In this document: piece by piece, positions 1 through 10,381 of the stretch
Position numbering within the stretch: the stretch's first letter is position 1
Layout: every line of letters starts with the position of its first letter
From: Caulobacteraceae bacterium
GTDB taxonomy: Bacteria > Pseudomonadota > Alphaproteobacteria > Caulobacterales > Caulobacteraceae
Direction of reading: 5' to 3'
Length of the DNA stretch: 64,000 nt
Assembly (NCBI GenBank): GCA_046349475.1
Contig: JAXMCG010000021.1
Span: forward strand, 40 to 64,039
Position numbers and translations under genes: made by a program
The notes under the pieces: generated by a model
Told to the model about the DNA's origin: nothing
The model's database searches: none
The model's input: the letters and a program-made list of their open reading frames with translations, nothing else

Positions 1-31
1 GGGTCCGCGCTCCACCTGGAGAAGTTGTTAG

Positions 32-784
32 ATGTTCCGCGTTCCGACCCTGGCGAGCCTCGCCATCCTGACCCTCGCCGCCTGCGCCAAACCGTCCGAG
101 GCGCCCAAGCCATCCATGGCTCCGGCCGCGCCCGCCGCCAGTACAGCGTCGGGCGATCTCGGACTCGGTGGAATCGAATTGGCGGCCAAGTCGGATGCAC
201 CCGCAGGCGCCTATGGGATCGACAAGGCTCACACCAGCGTCAACTTCCGGATCAGCCACATGGGCTTTTCCAGCTATACGGCCCGCTTCACGAAAATTGA
301 CGCGACGCTTAATTTCGACCGCGCCAACCCCGCCGCCATGAGTGTCTCGGCGACCATCGCCACCAACTCCTTGCAAACCAACTATCCCGGCACGGACGTG
401 AACTTCGATGCGGAGCTGACCGGTGCGAATTGGCTCGACGCCGCGAAGTACCCGGCCATCACCTTCAAATCGACCTCGGTCGCCGTCACCGGCCCGAACA
501 CCGCCAAGGTCACCGGTGATCTCACCTTGCATGGCGTCACCAAGCCGGTGACCTTGGATGTCACCTTCAACGGCGGCTATGCGGCGATGGCCATGGACCC
601 CGGCGGTTCGCGCATCGGCTTCTCGGCCCGGGGCATGATCAAGCGTTCCGACTTCGGCCTCGCCGCCGGAATTCCCGCGCCCGGCACGAACATGGGTGTC
701 AGCGACAATATCGAGGTGATCATCGAGACCGAATTCACCCGCCCGAAGGACTCCGTCCCAGCCCCCGCCCCGGCCGCGAATTAG
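32..784 (+). CDS. YceI-family periplasmic protein (probable lipoprotein)
   Basis: 250-aa ORF with signal/lipobox-like LAILTLAAC. The body resembles the YceI-like domain ([29 protein letters not shown]). Confidence 0.85.
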   Translation: MFRVPTLASLAILTLAACAKPSEAPKPSMAPAAPAASTASGDLGLGGIELAAKSDAPAGAYGIDKAHTSVNFRISHMGFSSYTARFTKIDATLNFDRANPAAMSVSATIATNSLQTNYPGTDVNFDAELTGANWLDAAKYPAITFKSTSVAVTGPNTAKVTGDLTLHGVTKPVTLDVTFNGGYAAMAMDPGGSRIGFSARGMIKRSDFGLAAGIPAPGTNMGVSDNIEVIIETEFTRPKDSVPAPAPAAN

Positions 785-966
785 TCGTCGCCTTCATCGG
801 GATGGGCGGCGATGGAATCTTCCTCTTCGTCGTCACGGCTCTTGATGACATAGCCGCCGGTCAGCCAACGCGAGAGATCCACGTCCGCGCACCGCTTCGA
901 GCAGAATGGCCGGTAGTCGGGTGAGTTCGGCTTGCCGCAGACCGAACAGGGGGGGCGCTTTTCCAT
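781..966 (-). CDS. yacG: DNA gyrase inhibitor YacG (zinc finger)
   Basis: 61 aa with a CxxC...CSxRC zinc-ribbon (CSVCGKP...[14 protein letters not shown]) and an acidic tail. Its start forms an ATGA overlap with the upstream gene's stop at 966. Confidence 0.9.
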   Translation of the reverse strand: MEKRPPCSVCGKPNSPDYRPFCSKRCADVDLSRWLTGGYVIKSRDDEEEDSIAAHPDEGDD

Positions 967-1952
967 CAGGCGTACTCCACCGAGAACCTGGCGCCGTAGC
1001 GTTGCGCCAGTTCGGCGAGGAGGGGTTTCATCGGTAACGCCAGCTGCGCGGACGCACTTGCCTCAATCCGTCCGCCAGGATCGGCGGTGGCCCGGCGCTC
1101 CAGCTCCCTGACCAGCCTCAGCGCTTCCGCATCCGCCCCGGCCAGCCACTCCGCCACCGGCCGGCGGCGGCGTGGAATCGACAGTTCCAGTGTCCCGAAC
1201 TTGCTGATCGGCCCGACGGCGACGCCTGGATTGTCAGGCGCGAAGGCCGCCCGGGCCGCCGCGGTGAGCGCCGCTCCATCGTGCCCCCGTCCGACGAGGT
1301 CGATGACGACTAGTCCTCCCAGTTCCTTCAGGCGCAGCACGCGCGCCAGGACCTGCAGGGCCGTCAGGTTCGCCAGGCGCGCGGCCTTCTTGACCTCCAC
1401 CCCAGCCCTGTCGCCCAGATCGATGTCCACCGCCGTCAAAGCCCGGGTGGGCTCCACGGCCAAGGTTCCACCGCCCGGCAGGGGGAACACCGTCTCCAGT
1501 GCTTCGGCCTCGGCCACGTCAGCCGCGTTTCGCGCCGCTTGCCCGGTGATGATGTCGGCGGCCTTTTCGAAATGCCTGAGCTCGTCTTCCAGGGTCGGCG
1601 CGGAAAGGAGAAGCCTCGGCGGGCCTTCGGCCACGCTGATGAACCGCAAGGTCGGCCCCTTCTCTGCCCTGGCCTCGCCGCGAATTTCCACTTCGACGGC
1701 GGCCCCCTGGGCCAGACGCGGCATGTCCGGCTTCAGCGCCAGAACCGCCGCTGGACCGGCGCCCAAGTCGACAAAGGCGCTCCCAAAGGCCCGCTCAATG
1801 CGGGTCACGCGGCCGACAACCCGCGCTCCAAGGGCCTGGACCGGGCTCGTTCCACGGCGTTCGATCAACAGGCGCTCCGGCCGCCCCCCCAGGGTGACGA
1901 CACCCCGGCGTTCGCCGATGCCTTCGTCGAGGAACAGTTTCCGCTCGCTCAT
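966..1952 (-). CDS. short ribonuclease E/G-family protein (RNase G-like)
   Basis: The internal ATG at 1952 overlaps the maf stop (ATGA). An S1-like N-terminus and a [12 protein letters not shown]...[10 protein letters not shown] core are typical of the RNase E/G catalytic domain. The maf-rng-yacG order is common in alphaproteobacteria. Confidence 0.75.
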   Translation of the reverse strand: MSERKLFLDEGIGERRGVVTLGGRPERLLIERRGTSPVQALGARVVGRVTRIERAFGSAFVDLGAGPAAVLALKPDMPRLAQGAAVEVEIRGEARAEKGPTLRFISVAEGPPRLLLSAPTLEDELRHFEKAADIITGQAARNAADVAEAEALETVFPLPGGGTLAVEPTRALTAVDIDLGDRAGVEVKKAARLANLTALQVLARVLRLKELGGLVVIDLVGRGHDGAALTAAARAAFAPDNPGVAVGPISKFGTLELSIPRRRRPVAEWLAGADAEALRLVRELERRATADPGGRIEASASAQLALPMKPLLAELAQRYGARFSVEYA

Positions 1953-2527
1953 GGCCGGTATCCAAGCCCGGTCAGCAGCGACAGGGTCTCGTAGAGCGGC
2001 AGGCCGACAATGCTCGAATAGGAGCCGGTGATCTCGCTGACATAGGCGCCTGCCCTGCCCTGGATCGCGTAGCCGCCGGCCTTGCCCCGCCATTCGCCGC
2101 AGGCGAGGTAACTGGCCGTCTCCTCGGCCGTCAGCCGCTTGAACGTGACGCGGCTCTCGTTGAGGCGCCGGCCCATCCGCCCGTCTGGCGCGATCACAGC
2201 CACGCCGGTGAGCACCTTATGCGTCCGCCCTGCGAGGAGCTTGAGGCAGGCGCGCGCCTCGGCCTCGGTTTCCGCCTTGGGGAGAATTCTGCGTCCCACC
2301 GCCACCACGGTGTCCGCCGCCAGAACATAGGCGTCCGGATTGGCCGCCGCCCTGGCTTTTTCGCAGGCAAGCCGCAGGGCCAGACGCCGGGGCGTCTCGT
2401 CCTTGGCGGGGGTTTCATCGATGTCTGTGGGCTGGACACTGTCGGGGATCAGTCCGACCTGGGCCAGGAGATCCAGCCGCCGGGGACTGGCGCTGGCCAG
2501 AACCAGGGCGGCCCTCGCCGGCGTCAC
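1949..2527 (-). CDS. maf: Maf-like nucleoside triphosphate pyrophosphatase (septum formation protein)
   Basis: 192 aa with LVLASASPRRLDLL, ADTVV and GKAGGYAIQG motifs. Confidence 0.92.
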   Translation of the reverse strand: MTPARAALVLASASPRRLDLLAQVGLIPDSVQPTDIDETPAKDETPRRLALRLACEKARAAANPDAYVLAADTVVAVGRRILPKAETEAEARACLKLLAGRTHKVLTGVAVIAPDGRMGRRLNESRVTFKRLTAEETASYLACGEWRGKAGGYAIQGRAGAYVSEITGSYSSIVGLPLYETLSLLTGLGYRP

Positions 2528-2540
2528 GCGATCAGGCAGC

Positions 2541-2759
2541 TTACTTGAACCGGTAGGTAATACGGCCCTTGGTCAGGTCATAGGGGGTCATTTCCACCAT
2601 CACCTTGTCGCCGGCGGAGACCCGAATGCGGTTCTTGCGCATCTTGCCCGCCGTGTGGGCCACGATTTCGTGGTCGTTCTCGAGCTTCACGCGGAACGTC
2701 GCGTTGGGCAGCAGTTCACTGACCGTGCCCGGAAACTCCAACAGTTCTTCTTTCGCCAT
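2541..2759 (-). CDS. infA: translation initiation factor IF-1
   Basis: 72 aa. [13 protein letters not shown]...[25 protein letters not shown]...GRITYRFK is near-canonical IF-1. Confidence 0.98.
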   Translation of the reverse strand: MAKEELLEFPGTVSELLPNATFRVKLENDHEIVAHTAGKMRKNRIRVSAGDKVMVEMTPYDLTKGRITYRFK

Positions 2760-2876
2760 CTGGCCTCTCTGAAGGGATCGCCCGCCAAAGCAAGACGGCC
2801 CAAACCGGATCGATTCGGGCCGCGAGCTAGGCTTGCTGACCTCTGATCATAACGCATGAGGCCATATCAGGTCGAT

Positions 2877-2897
2877 GGGGCGGCTGCACGCCGCCCC
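2877..2897 (-). terminator. GC-rich hairpin just downstream of the OMP gene (possible terminator)
   Basis: GGGGCGGC-TGCAC-GCCGCCCC forms an 8-bp stem 11 nt past the stop at 2908. No clear U-tract follows. Confidence 0.35.
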
Positions 2898-2907
2898 ATG
2901 AGGTTAC

Positions 2908-3843
2908 TTAGAAGCGGAAGTTCAGCCGCATACCAACCGCATCGCTCTTGAACGAGATCGGGGTGGCGGAGAGCGTCCCGTTGGGCGCCGTGCCGCCGCC
3001 GGGCGAGCCCAGGGGCGTGGTGACGGTGGGAACCTGGGCCACCACCGCGTTGGTCGGCAGGCTGTAGACCTCTTCGCCCAGATCGGTGTGGCGGAACTCC
3101 ACGGCGAGGCTGACATTTTCGCTAAGGCCCCATTCCGCGCCGACGCCGGCCGTCCAGCCGTTGCGGCGATCGCCGGTGGCGCCGGTGACGTAGTTGGTCA
3201 CCGGCGTGGTGTTGACCACGGTGCAGCAGGCGCCGCCGCCGGGCGTGGCCGCCGCGCCGCCGGCGCTGGTGAAGGTGTCCTGCCCCTCGATATTGACCTG
3301 CGCGCCGGCGATGCCCGCCGTGGCGTAGATCAGGGTGTTTTCCCAGACGTAGCCAACCTTCAGGCGCGCGCTCCAGCGCCATTCGAGGTTCATGGAGCGG
3401 CGAACGGCGAAGGTGCTCTGGGGCGTCAGGAGCGTGGCGGGCGCGCTGAACGTCTGGGTGACGTCGGCGTCCTGGGTGGCGCTGTCGACATCGGCTTCCA
3501 CGCCGAACACCCAGTCGCTGCTGGCGAAGTTGTAGCCGACCTGGGCGCCGCCGAAGAGAGCCGTGGTTGTATCAGTGTCGCCGACATAGGCGAAGGTCGT
3601 GGCCGGAATGACGAAGACCGTATTGGTGCCGCCCGTGTTGCGGATGCTGGCGCCCGTGTACTGGTTCAGAGTTTCGCTAAAGGCGCCAACCTCCGGCTGG
3701 GCCTGTTCCGCGTAGAGATGAGCGCCAACATAGAATCCGGACCAGTCGTGTGCCGGCGCGGCCTGGGCCGTCCCGGCGCTGAACACCAGGAAACCCACGG
3801 AAATAGCCGCGGCGCTGGCCGCGGAAAGAAGCTTGGTAGACAT
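2908..3843 (-). CDS. outer-membrane beta-barrel protein (OmpA-like/porin family 8-12 strand barrel)
   Basis: Signal peptide MSTKLLSAASAAAISVGFLVFSAGTAQA and alternating beta-strand pattern, ending in ...RLNFRF (C-terminal Phe). The ATG at 3843 is preceded by GGAGGGG. Confidence 0.8.
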   Translation of the reverse strand: MSTKLLSAASAAAISVGFLVFSAGTAQAAPAHDWSGFYVGAHLYAEQAQPEVGAFSETLNQYTGASIRNTGGTNTVFVIPATTFAYVGDTDTTTALFGGAQVGYNFASSDWVFGVEADVDSATQDADVTQTFSAPATLLTPQSTFAVRRSMNLEWRWSARLKVGYVWENTLIYATAGIAGAQVNIEGQDTFTSAGGAAATPGGGACCTVVNTTPVTNYVTGATGDRRNGWTAGVGAEWGLSENVSLAVEFRHTDLGEEVYSLPTNAVVAQVPTVTTPLGSPGGGTAPNGTLSATPISFKSDAVGMRLNFRF

Positions 3844-3954
3844 GGAACCCCTCCGATTTGAGCTTCCATTCTGCAACATGTGGCCCGCCTTGGCCTAGGT
3901 GCATTTGAATTGAAACTGTGGCTCAATCGCCGGCGAATATCGCGCGCCGGGTGG

Positions 3955-5094
3955 ATGATGGACGAGGCGGGGATCGGCGCTTTTCTGGATCTGACCTACG
4001 GCGCGGCCTTGTCGCCCGGCCTTTGGCCGCGCGTCATCGAGACATTCGCTGACCTGGTGGATGCTGAATCCAGCGCCCTGATCTGGCAGAACCAGTCCAC
4101 GCGGCAGGGCGCCGGAATTAGCGCGCGGCTCGATCCACAGGCGCTTGGCGCCTACTTTGGCGGCTTCGCGACGCGCCATCCGTCACAACGCTGGGCTCAC
4201 AGCCCGCGGGAGCGCCTGCGCCACTTCGTGCCCCACATCGTCGCCGACGATGACGCCATGCCGAAGGACGAACTGATCCGCACGCCCTTCTACAACGAGT
4301 TCATGCGGCCCTTCGATCTGCACTCCGTGGTCCGCCTGGGTCTGACGACGCGCGCCGACGACGCCGCCTTCCTGATGGTCTCGCGCCCGCGCCGCCGCGA
4401 GCGCTTCGCCGGGCCGGATCTCGACATCGCCGGCCACCTCCACAACCATCTGATCCGCGCCTTCGAACTCAGCCAGCGCATTGCCGGTCAACGCACCCTC
4501 GACGCTGCCGGCGCCGACCTGATCGAGCAGTCGGCCAATGCCTTGATGATCCTTGATGAGGATGGCCGAGTGCGTCATGCCAACACCCCGGCCGAACGGC
4601 TGCTGGGCGCCCACTCCGGCCTGTCCGTGCTCGCTGGCCGTCTGATCGCGGGTTCCGCCGCAGCGACAGCGCAGCTGCGCGCCCTCATCGCCAAGGCCGC
4701 CGACCCAGACCCTGCCGACCGTCAAGGCGGATCGATGACCCTGCCGAGCCCCGGACGCCGCCTGCCCCTTTCCGTGATCGTCTCACCGGTCCGCGCGGAA
4801 CCTGCCCTCTTCCTGGGTCAAGGCCCTGCTGTGCTCGTCAGCGTCACGGACCTCCAGGCGGACACGCCCGTGGCCGAGGACCGATTGCGGGACATCTTCG
4901 GACTGACTCGCGCTGAAATCCGCGTCGCCGTCGCCCTCTTTGATGGGGCCAGTCCCAAAGAGACCGCTGAGCAGCTCGGCGTCAGCTTCCATACCGTGCG
5001 CGGCCACCTCGTGCGCATATATGAAAAGACCGAAACCAGCCGCCAGGCCGAACTGGTGCGCTTGATCGCGAGGCTTTCGGCGCCGGGAACGTGA
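3955..5094 (+). CDS. LuxR-family transcriptional regulator (PAS-like middle region, C-terminal HTH)
   Basis: The C-terminus LTRAEIRVAVALFDGASPKETAEQLGVSFHTVRGHLVRIYEKT is a LuxR/GerE HTH. Start chosen at the MM codons at 3955. Confidence 0.85.
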   Translation: MMDEAGIGAFLDLTYGAALSPGLWPRVIETFADLVDAESSALIWQNQSTRQGAGISARLDPQALGAYFGGFATRHPSQRWAHSPRERLRHFVPHIVADDDAMPKDELIRTPFYNEFMRPFDLHSVVRLGLTTRADDAAFLMVSRPRRRERFAGPDLDIAGHLHNHLIRAFELSQRIAGQRTLDAAGADLIEQSANALMILDEDGRVRHANTPAERLLGAHSGLSVLAGRLIAGSAAATAQLRALIAKAADPDPADRQGGSMTLPSPGRRLPLSVIVSPVRAEPALFLGQGPAVLVSVTDLQADTPVAEDRLRDIFGLTRAEIRVAVALFDGASPKETAEQLGVSFHTVRGHLVRIYEKTETSRQAELVRLIARLSAPGT

Positions 5095-5149
5095 CGCGGC
5101 CCAAGGGGTTCTCTTGCTCGGCCATCCCGCCGCAAGAGGAGCACTCCGG

Positions 5150-5572
5150 ATGAAAGTCAGCGACGTCATGACCGCCCAGGTGGTCACCGCCAAACCGACC
5201 ACCACTGTTCAGCAACTGGCCAAGACCATGTCCGAGATAGATTCCGGCGCCGTGCCGATCCTCGAGGATGGAAAGGTCGTCGGCCTCGTGACCGACCGGG
5301 ATATCGTCGTGCGCGTGATCGCTACGGGCGGCGACCTTTCGACGCCGGCCTCCGACATCATGTCCGGGGAGGTGCAAACCTGCCGTGAGGAGGACAACCT
5401 CGCCGACGCCACGGCCAAGATGGCGTCTCAGCAGGTGCGCCGCCTCGTGGTGCTGAATGAAGACGGCCGGCTCTGCGGCATCGTCTCACTGGGCGACATC
5501 GCCCTCGACTATGGCGACAAGGTCGTGGGCCATACGCTGGAAGAGATTTCCGCTGCCCCTGCGACACACTAG
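5150..5572 (+). CDS. CBS domain-pair protein
   Basis: MKVSDVMTAQVVT...VPILEDGKVVGLVTDRDIV...RLVVLNEDGRLCGIVSLGDI gives two CBS repeats. RBS AGAGGA lies before the ATG at 5150. Confidence 0.88.
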   Translation: MKVSDVMTAQVVTAKPTTTVQQLAKTMSEIDSGAVPILEDGKVVGLVTDRDIVVRVIATGGDLSTPASDIMSGEVQTCREEDNLADATAKMASQQVRRLVVLNEDGRLCGIVSLGDIALDYGDKVVGHTLEEISAAPATH

Positions 5573-5623
5573 GCAAGGCGCGAGCCTTCCCTGAAGGTGC
5601 GCCTCCCAGAAAGGGAGGCCGCC

Positions 5624-6256
5624 ATGCTCACTGTCCACCATCTCGGCGTTTCGCAATCCGAGCGCATCGTCTGGCTCTGCGAGGAACTGGGCATTCCCTA
5701 TGAGCTGAAGCTCTACGACCGCGTGCCGCCCGGCCGCGGTCTTGGCCCGCCCGAATACAAGGCGCTGCATCCCGTCGGCACGGCTCCGATCATCACCGAC
5801 GGTGACGTCGTCCTGCCGGAATCCGGCGCGATCATCGAATACATCATCGGCAAATACGGCAATGGGCGCTTCGCGGTCGGCCCTCAGGCGCCTAACTTCG
5901 CCGACTACCTCTTCTGGTTCCACTACGCGAACGCATCGTTCCTCTCCAGCCAGTCCATCGGACCGCGCGATCCCAACGACGAGAGCCCCCGCGCCCAGTA
6001 CATGCGCGCCCGCGCCGAGCGGCCCTGGACCCTCACCGAGCAGCGCCTGGGTCTGGTCCCCTATCTGGCGGGGGACGAACTGACCGCCGCCGACATCATC
6101 ATGGTCTTCATCCTCACCACCATGCGCGCCTTCGCCCCGAAGGACATTTCCGGCTACCCGAACATCCTGGCCTACCTACAACGTATCGGCGCCCGCCCGG
6201 CCTACCAGCGCGCCATGGCCAAGGGCGATCCGGGCATGACCCCGATGCTGACCTAG
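5624..6256 (+). CDS. glutathione S-transferase family protein
   Basis: Thioredoxin-like N-domain (SERIVWLCEELGIPYE, VGTAPIITDGDVVLPESGAIIEYI) plus a helical C-domain. RBS AGGGAGG. Confidence 0.85.
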   Translation: MLTVHHLGVSQSERIVWLCEELGIPYELKLYDRVPPGRGLGPPEYKALHPVGTAPIITDGDVVLPESGAIIEYIIGKYGNGRFAVGPQAPNFADYLFWFHYANASFLSSQSIGPRDPNDESPRAQYMRARAERPWTLTEQRLGLVPYLAGDELTAADIIMVFILTTMRAFAPKDISGYPNILAYLQRIGARPAYQRAMAKGDPGMTPMLT

Positions 6257-7560
6257 AGACCGCTCCACATACGCAAGAGCCCGAGGGCCGCCCCGGCCGC
6301 CACCAGCCAGAGCGCGCCGACCTTGAAGCGCCAGGCCGCCACGAACGCCGCCAGGGCCGCGCCCCCGGCAATCCAATCCACGTTAGCCGCCGGCAGGAAG
6401 GCCTCGCGGGCAATCAGCAGAGCGAGGCTGGCGATTACCCCCACCACGGCCGCTGTAACCGCCGAAAGCGCGGCGTGGGCGCGGCGGTCGCCGCTCAGCC
6501 GTTCTATCAGCGGCGCCCCGGCCAGCACGAAGTAGAAGCAAGGCAGGAAGGTCACCCAGGTCGTGATCGCGGCCGCCACGCTCGCCGCCGCCAGCGGGCC
6601 TAGCCCGCCTGCCGCACCGGACTCGGAGGCGTTCCAGCCGGCGAAGAAACCCACATACTGCGTCACCAGAATGAGCGGCCCCGGCGTGGTCTCGGCGAGA
6701 GCCAGGCCATGCACCATCTCGGCGCGGGACAGCCAGCCATATTGATCCACTGCCGCCTGGGCCACGAACGGGAGCACGGCATAGGCCCCGCCGAAGGTCA
6801 CGAAGGCCGCTTGGGTGAAAAAGCTCGCCACATCGGCGAAGGGCGCCGTCCCCGCCAACCAGATCGCCAAGCCTACGGGCGCCGCCCATAGCGCCACGAA
6901 CACGCAGCTCAGCAGCAAGAACCGCTTGAACGCCACCGCCCAGTTCACCGGCGCCGCCGGCGCAAGGGGCGAATCCCCGTGCCCTGCCGGGGCGATCTTC
7001 AGACCTATCCGGTCGGCGACGAGGCCAAACACGAGCGCAGCCCCGATGATTAAAGGAAACGGCAGTTTGAATACGACCAGCGCCAGGAAAGCCGCGCCAG
7101 CCAGCACCCAGGCGGTCACCGACTTCAACGTCCGCGTCCCGATCCGCCAGGCTGCGTGGGCGATCAGGGCGGTCACGATCGGCAGCATCCCCTGGAACAT
7201 CGCCTTCAGCGGCGGCCAGTCCCCGTGCGCCGCCGCCAGCCAGGCCAGGCCATAGAGCACCCCCGCGCCAGGCAGGACGAACAGCACGCCCGCCGCCAGC
7301 GCCCCTTTCAGGCCGTGCAGCTTCAATCCCAGATAGGTCGCCAATTGCTGCGCCTCGGGACCGGGCAGCAGCATGCAGAAGTTCAAGGCCGTCAGGAATG
7401 TGCGCTCGCTGACCCAGCGCCGGCGGTCCACTAGCTCCTCGTGCAGGATCGCGATCTGCCCCGCCGGCCCGCCAAACGATATCAGCCCGACCTTCAGCCA
7501 GAGCCGCACGGCCTCCGTGAAGGTTGGCTTGACAGTCTGAGAGGGCGCCGCATCCGACAT
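6253..7560 (-). CDS. chrA: chromate efflux transporter ChrA
   Basis: 435 aa and polytopic, with a duplicated CHR domain (LISFGGPAGQIAILHEELVDRRRW...LLPGPEAQQLA and a second FGGAYAVLP...TTPGPL). Confidence 0.9.
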   Translation of the reverse strand: MSDAAPSQTVKPTFTEAVRLWLKVGLISFGGPAGQIAILHEELVDRRRWVSERTFLTALNFCMLLPGPEAQQLATYLGLKLHGLKGALAAGVLFVLPGAGVLYGLAWLAAAHGDWPPLKAMFQGMLPIVTALIAHAAWRIGTRTLKSVTAWVLAGAAFLALVVFKLPFPLIIGAALVFGLVADRIGLKIAPAGHGDSPLAPAAPVNWAVAFKRFLLLSCVFVALWAAPVGLAIWLAGTAPFADVASFFTQAAFVTFGGAYAVLPFVAQAAVDQYGWLSRAEMVHGLALAETTPGPLILVTQYVGFFAGWNASESGAAGGLGPLAAASVAAAITTWVTFLPCFYFVLAGAPLIERLSGDRRAHAALSAVTAAVVGVIASLALLIAREAFLPAANVDWIAGGAALAAFVAAWRFKVGALWLVAAGAALGLLRMWSGL

Positions 7561-7801
7561 TTCCGCCTACCGGTAGCCTTGGTCCGCGACAGGGGGAAGT
7601 CACTCGCCCTACGGCTCCGCCCGGTCGAACGGCGCAGCCCACGGCCGCCTCCCCGCTTCGCATCGGCATTGTCAGCGGCGCCCTCATCGCGCCGGCCGCC
7701 GCTATGAAGCCTACCGCCACCCAACCTGACTGCCCTCACGTCATACTGGCGAGCCCCCTCATCCCCCTGGCAAACTGCCTCAAAAGAGGGAGCCAAAACC
7801 A

Positions 7802-9496
7802 ATGCCTACCCCCCAGGAAGCCCGCGCCGCCTTGCTCGCCTCCGGCCGCTTCGCGCTGGCCGACGAGCCATTCCATGACGGGTCGATCAAAGTCTACGCC
7901 AACGCCCCCGCCTCGATGCGCGAGATCCTGCTCGACAGCCGCCGCTACGGCGAGCGCGTGTTCACCGTCTACGAGGATGAGACCACAACTTTCGACCAGT
8001 TCTTCCAGCGCACCGCCGCCCTCGCCCGCCGGATGACCGAGGCCGGCATCGTCAAGGGCGACCGCGTCGCCGTCGGCATGCGCAACTATCCGGAATGGCC
8101 CGTCGCCTTCTTCGCCTGCCAGGCCATCGGCGCCATCGTTGTCGCCCTCAATGCCTGGTGGACCACCGCCGAGCTGGAATTCGCGCTGGAGGACTCCGAG
8201 CCCGCCGGCCTGCTGATCGACGGCGAACGCCTTGAGCGTCTGGCTCCCCTCCTCCAGGCCCATCCCCCGAAATTCCTCGCTGTTGCCCGGCGCGGCGGGG
8301 CGGGCCCTGGCGGCTTCGACTTCGACGAAGCCATGTCGGGCGAAGGCCCCCTGCCCGACGTCGAGGTTGGTCCGCACGACCTCTCCACCATCCTCTACAC
8401 CTCCGGCACCACGGGCCGGCCGAAGGGCGCAATGCACGCCCACCGCAATCACATCACCAACCTGATGAACGGTCAGCTGGGCGGCGCCGTCATGCGCGCC
8501 GTGGCCGGTGTCCCCAACCCCGACCAACCCCCGCCCGTCGAAGGCTCCGCCCAGGCCGGCGCCTTGCAGACCTTCCCCTTCTTCCACATTGCCGGGGTCT
8601 CCGGGATCTACTCAGCCGTCGCCAACGGCAGCAAGCTCGCCCTGATGTACAAATGGGTCCCCGCCGAAGGGGTCCGCCTTGTCGAAACCCACAAGCTCTC
8701 CAGCGCCGCCGGCGTGCCCATGGTGATGCGCCAGCTGCTCGAACACGCCCGCGAGAGCGGCGCGGACCTCTCGTCCCTGGCTGGCGTCGCAGCGGGCGGG
8801 GCCCCTGTCCCGCCGGACCTCATCAAACGCATCGGCGATCAGTTCCAGTCCCGCGCCTCGGCCGGCAACGGCTACGGCCTGACCGAGACCACCAGCGCCG
8901 TGATCTCCAACGGCGGGCCGGAATATTTCGCGCATCCAGACAGCATCGGCCGCCCGGGCACGACGGCTCAGATCCGGATTGTCGGCGAGGACGGGCAGGA
9001 TGTCGCCCAGGGCGACATCGGCGAGCTGTGGGTGCGCGGGCCGAACGTCATTCCCGGCTATTGGCGCAATCCCGAAGCCACGGAAGCCGCCTTCGGCGGC
9101 GGCTGGTTCCGCACCGGCGACCTTGGCTACGTCGATGAAGCCGGCCTGCACTACGTTGTCGACAGGGCCAAGGATGTCATCCTGCGCGGTGGCGAGAATG
9201 TCTACTCCGCCGAGGTGGAGGCCGCGATCCTGCCCCTGCCCGGCGTGAAGGACGTGGCGGTGCTGGGCCTGCCGCACGACATCTATGGCGAAGAGGTGGC
9301 CGCGGTCATCCAAATGCGCCCCGAGGCCATCACGCCAGGCGCCGAGGCGCGGATCGCCCAGGCCCTGGAGGCCGATATGGCCCGCTTCAAGATTCCTACT
9401 CGCATCATCCTGACCGCGGACGAACTGTTGCGGACCGGCACCGGCAAACTGCTCAAGCGTGAACTCAAGAGCCTGTACTTCCCGGTGGCGAGGTAG
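7802..9496 (+). CDS. AMP-dependent acyl-CoA synthetase/ligase
   Basis: AMP-binding motif LYTSGTTGRPKGAM, plus GYGLTET, WFRTGDLGY and a C-terminal GKLLKREL. Confidence 0.9.
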   Translation: MPTPQEARAALLASGRFALADEPFHDGSIKVYANAPASMREILLDSRRYGERVFTVYEDETTTFDQFFQRTAALARRMTEAGIVKGDRVAVGMRNYPEWPVAFFACQAIGAIVVALNAWWTTAELEFALEDSEPAGLLIDGERLERLAPLLQAHPPKFLAVARRGGAGPGGFDFDEAMSGEGPLPDVEVGPHDLSTILYTSGTTGRPKGAMHAHRNHITNLMNGQLGGAVMRAVAGVPNPDQPPPVEGSAQAGALQTFPFFHIAGVSGIYSAVANGSKLALMYKWVPAEGVRLVETHKLSSAAGVPMVMRQLLEHARESGADLSSLAGVAAGGAPVPPDLIKRIGDQFQSRASAGNGYGLTETTSAVISNGGPEYFAHPDSIGRPGTTAQIRIVGEDGQDVAQGDIGELWVRGPNVIPGYWRNPEATEAAFGGGWFRTGDLGYVDEAGLHYVVDRAKDVILRGGENVYSAEVEAAILPLPGVKDVAVLGLPHDIYGEEVAAVIQMRPEAITPGAEARIAQALEADMARFKIPTRIILTADELLRTGTGKLLKRELKSLYFPVAR

Positions 9497-9517
9497 GCTC
9501 CCCGAGACGCGCCGGCC

Positions 9518-9901
9518 CTACACCGGACCGCTGATCGACAGGGTGTTGCCGTCTGGGTCCTTGAACCAGCAGACGCCATGCGGCCCGTCAGGTCCCGCCG
9601 GGCGCCAGATGCCAAGCTCGTCCTGAGCCATGCCGGGATTGCGCTCGAAAACCACGCCCTTGGCGGCCAACGCCCGGTTTGCAGCGCGCAGGTCCGCAAC
9701 CTCCCATCCCACCACCGTGCCCGGAAGCGGCGCGGCGTCAGTCGCCTTGCGGACCATCAACTGGGCGTGGGCGCCGGCGAAAACCAGAGCGAAATCGTCC
9801 TCGTGGGCAAGGGTCAGGCCAAGCTGCCCCACGTAGAACGCTTTGGACGCCTCGGCCCTGGCGGTTCCCAGGAAGGCCACCATGGTCTCTTCGGACAGCA
9901 T
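9518..9901 (-). CDS. VOC (glyoxalase/bleomycin-resistance) family protein
   Basis: 127 aa with FYVGQLGL... and ...WFKDPDGNTLSI, typical VOC beta-alpha-beta-beta-beta modules. Confidence 0.8.
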   Translation of the reverse strand: MLSEETMVAFLGTARAEASKAFYVGQLGLTLAHEDDFALVFAGAHAQLMVRKATDAAPLPGTVVGWEVADLRAANRALAAKGVVFERNPGMAQDELGIWRPAGPDGPHGVCWFKDPDGNTLSISGPV

Positions 9902-9933
9902 CGCGTTCCTCCCGCTCCTGGCGGCAATCGCGC

Positions 9934-10377
9934 CTAGGCCACAGCCACGGCGAACCGATGGTCGATCCGCTCAATCAGAGTATCGCGCAGCGCCCTGTAG
10001 GCTTCCAGCATGTGATCGCGTGACCCGCTCACCTCGGTCGGGTCCGGGGTCGGCCAATATTCGATCTCCACGGCATGGCCCCGGCCGAGCTCGGTGGCGT
10101 GGTGCTGGGATTCCGGGGTCAGGGAGATCACCAGGTCGAAGGATTCGGCGTCGATGGCGTCGAACTGCTTGGGGCTGTGCCCCGAAACGTCCAGTCCGAT
10201 CTCCGCCATAACCGCCACCACGAAGGGGTCGGGGCCATCCTCCTCGAAGGGCTCCAGCCCGCAGCTGTCGACAAACACCCGGTCCCCGAAGCGCTGCTTC
10301 ATCAGGGCCTCCGCCATCGCCGAGCGCACGCGATTGTAGTGGCAGGTGAAAAGCACTGCCCCAGGCATGGAACTCAC
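9934..10377 (-). CDS. low-molecular-weight phosphotyrosine phosphatase / ArsC-like family protein
   Basis: P-loop CX5R(S) motif LFTCHYNRVRSAMAEAL near the N-terminus, at about 147 aa. Confidence 0.85.
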   Translation of the reverse strand: MSSMPGAVLFTCHYNRVRSAMAEALMKQRFGDRVFVDSCGLEPFEEDGPDPFVVAVMAEIGLDVSGHSPKQFDAIDAESFDLVISLTPESQHHATELGRGHAVEIEYWPTPDPTEVSGSRDHMLEAYRALRDTLIERIDHRFAVAVA

Positions 10378-10381
10378 GGGA

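Noticed and set aside
6383-7720. 445-aa minus-strand ORF overlapping chrA, plus similar long shadow or out-of-frame ORFs: 1087..2031, 12154..13206, 24654..26063, 26047..27462, 27547..28701, 33728..34891, 42343..43641, 55413..57053 and 58574..59680.
   Set aside because: They are Arg/Gly/Ala/Pro-rich low-complexity translations lying in another frame or on the strand opposite genes with clear family motifs. These are typical stop-codon-poor shadow frames of a high-GC genome.
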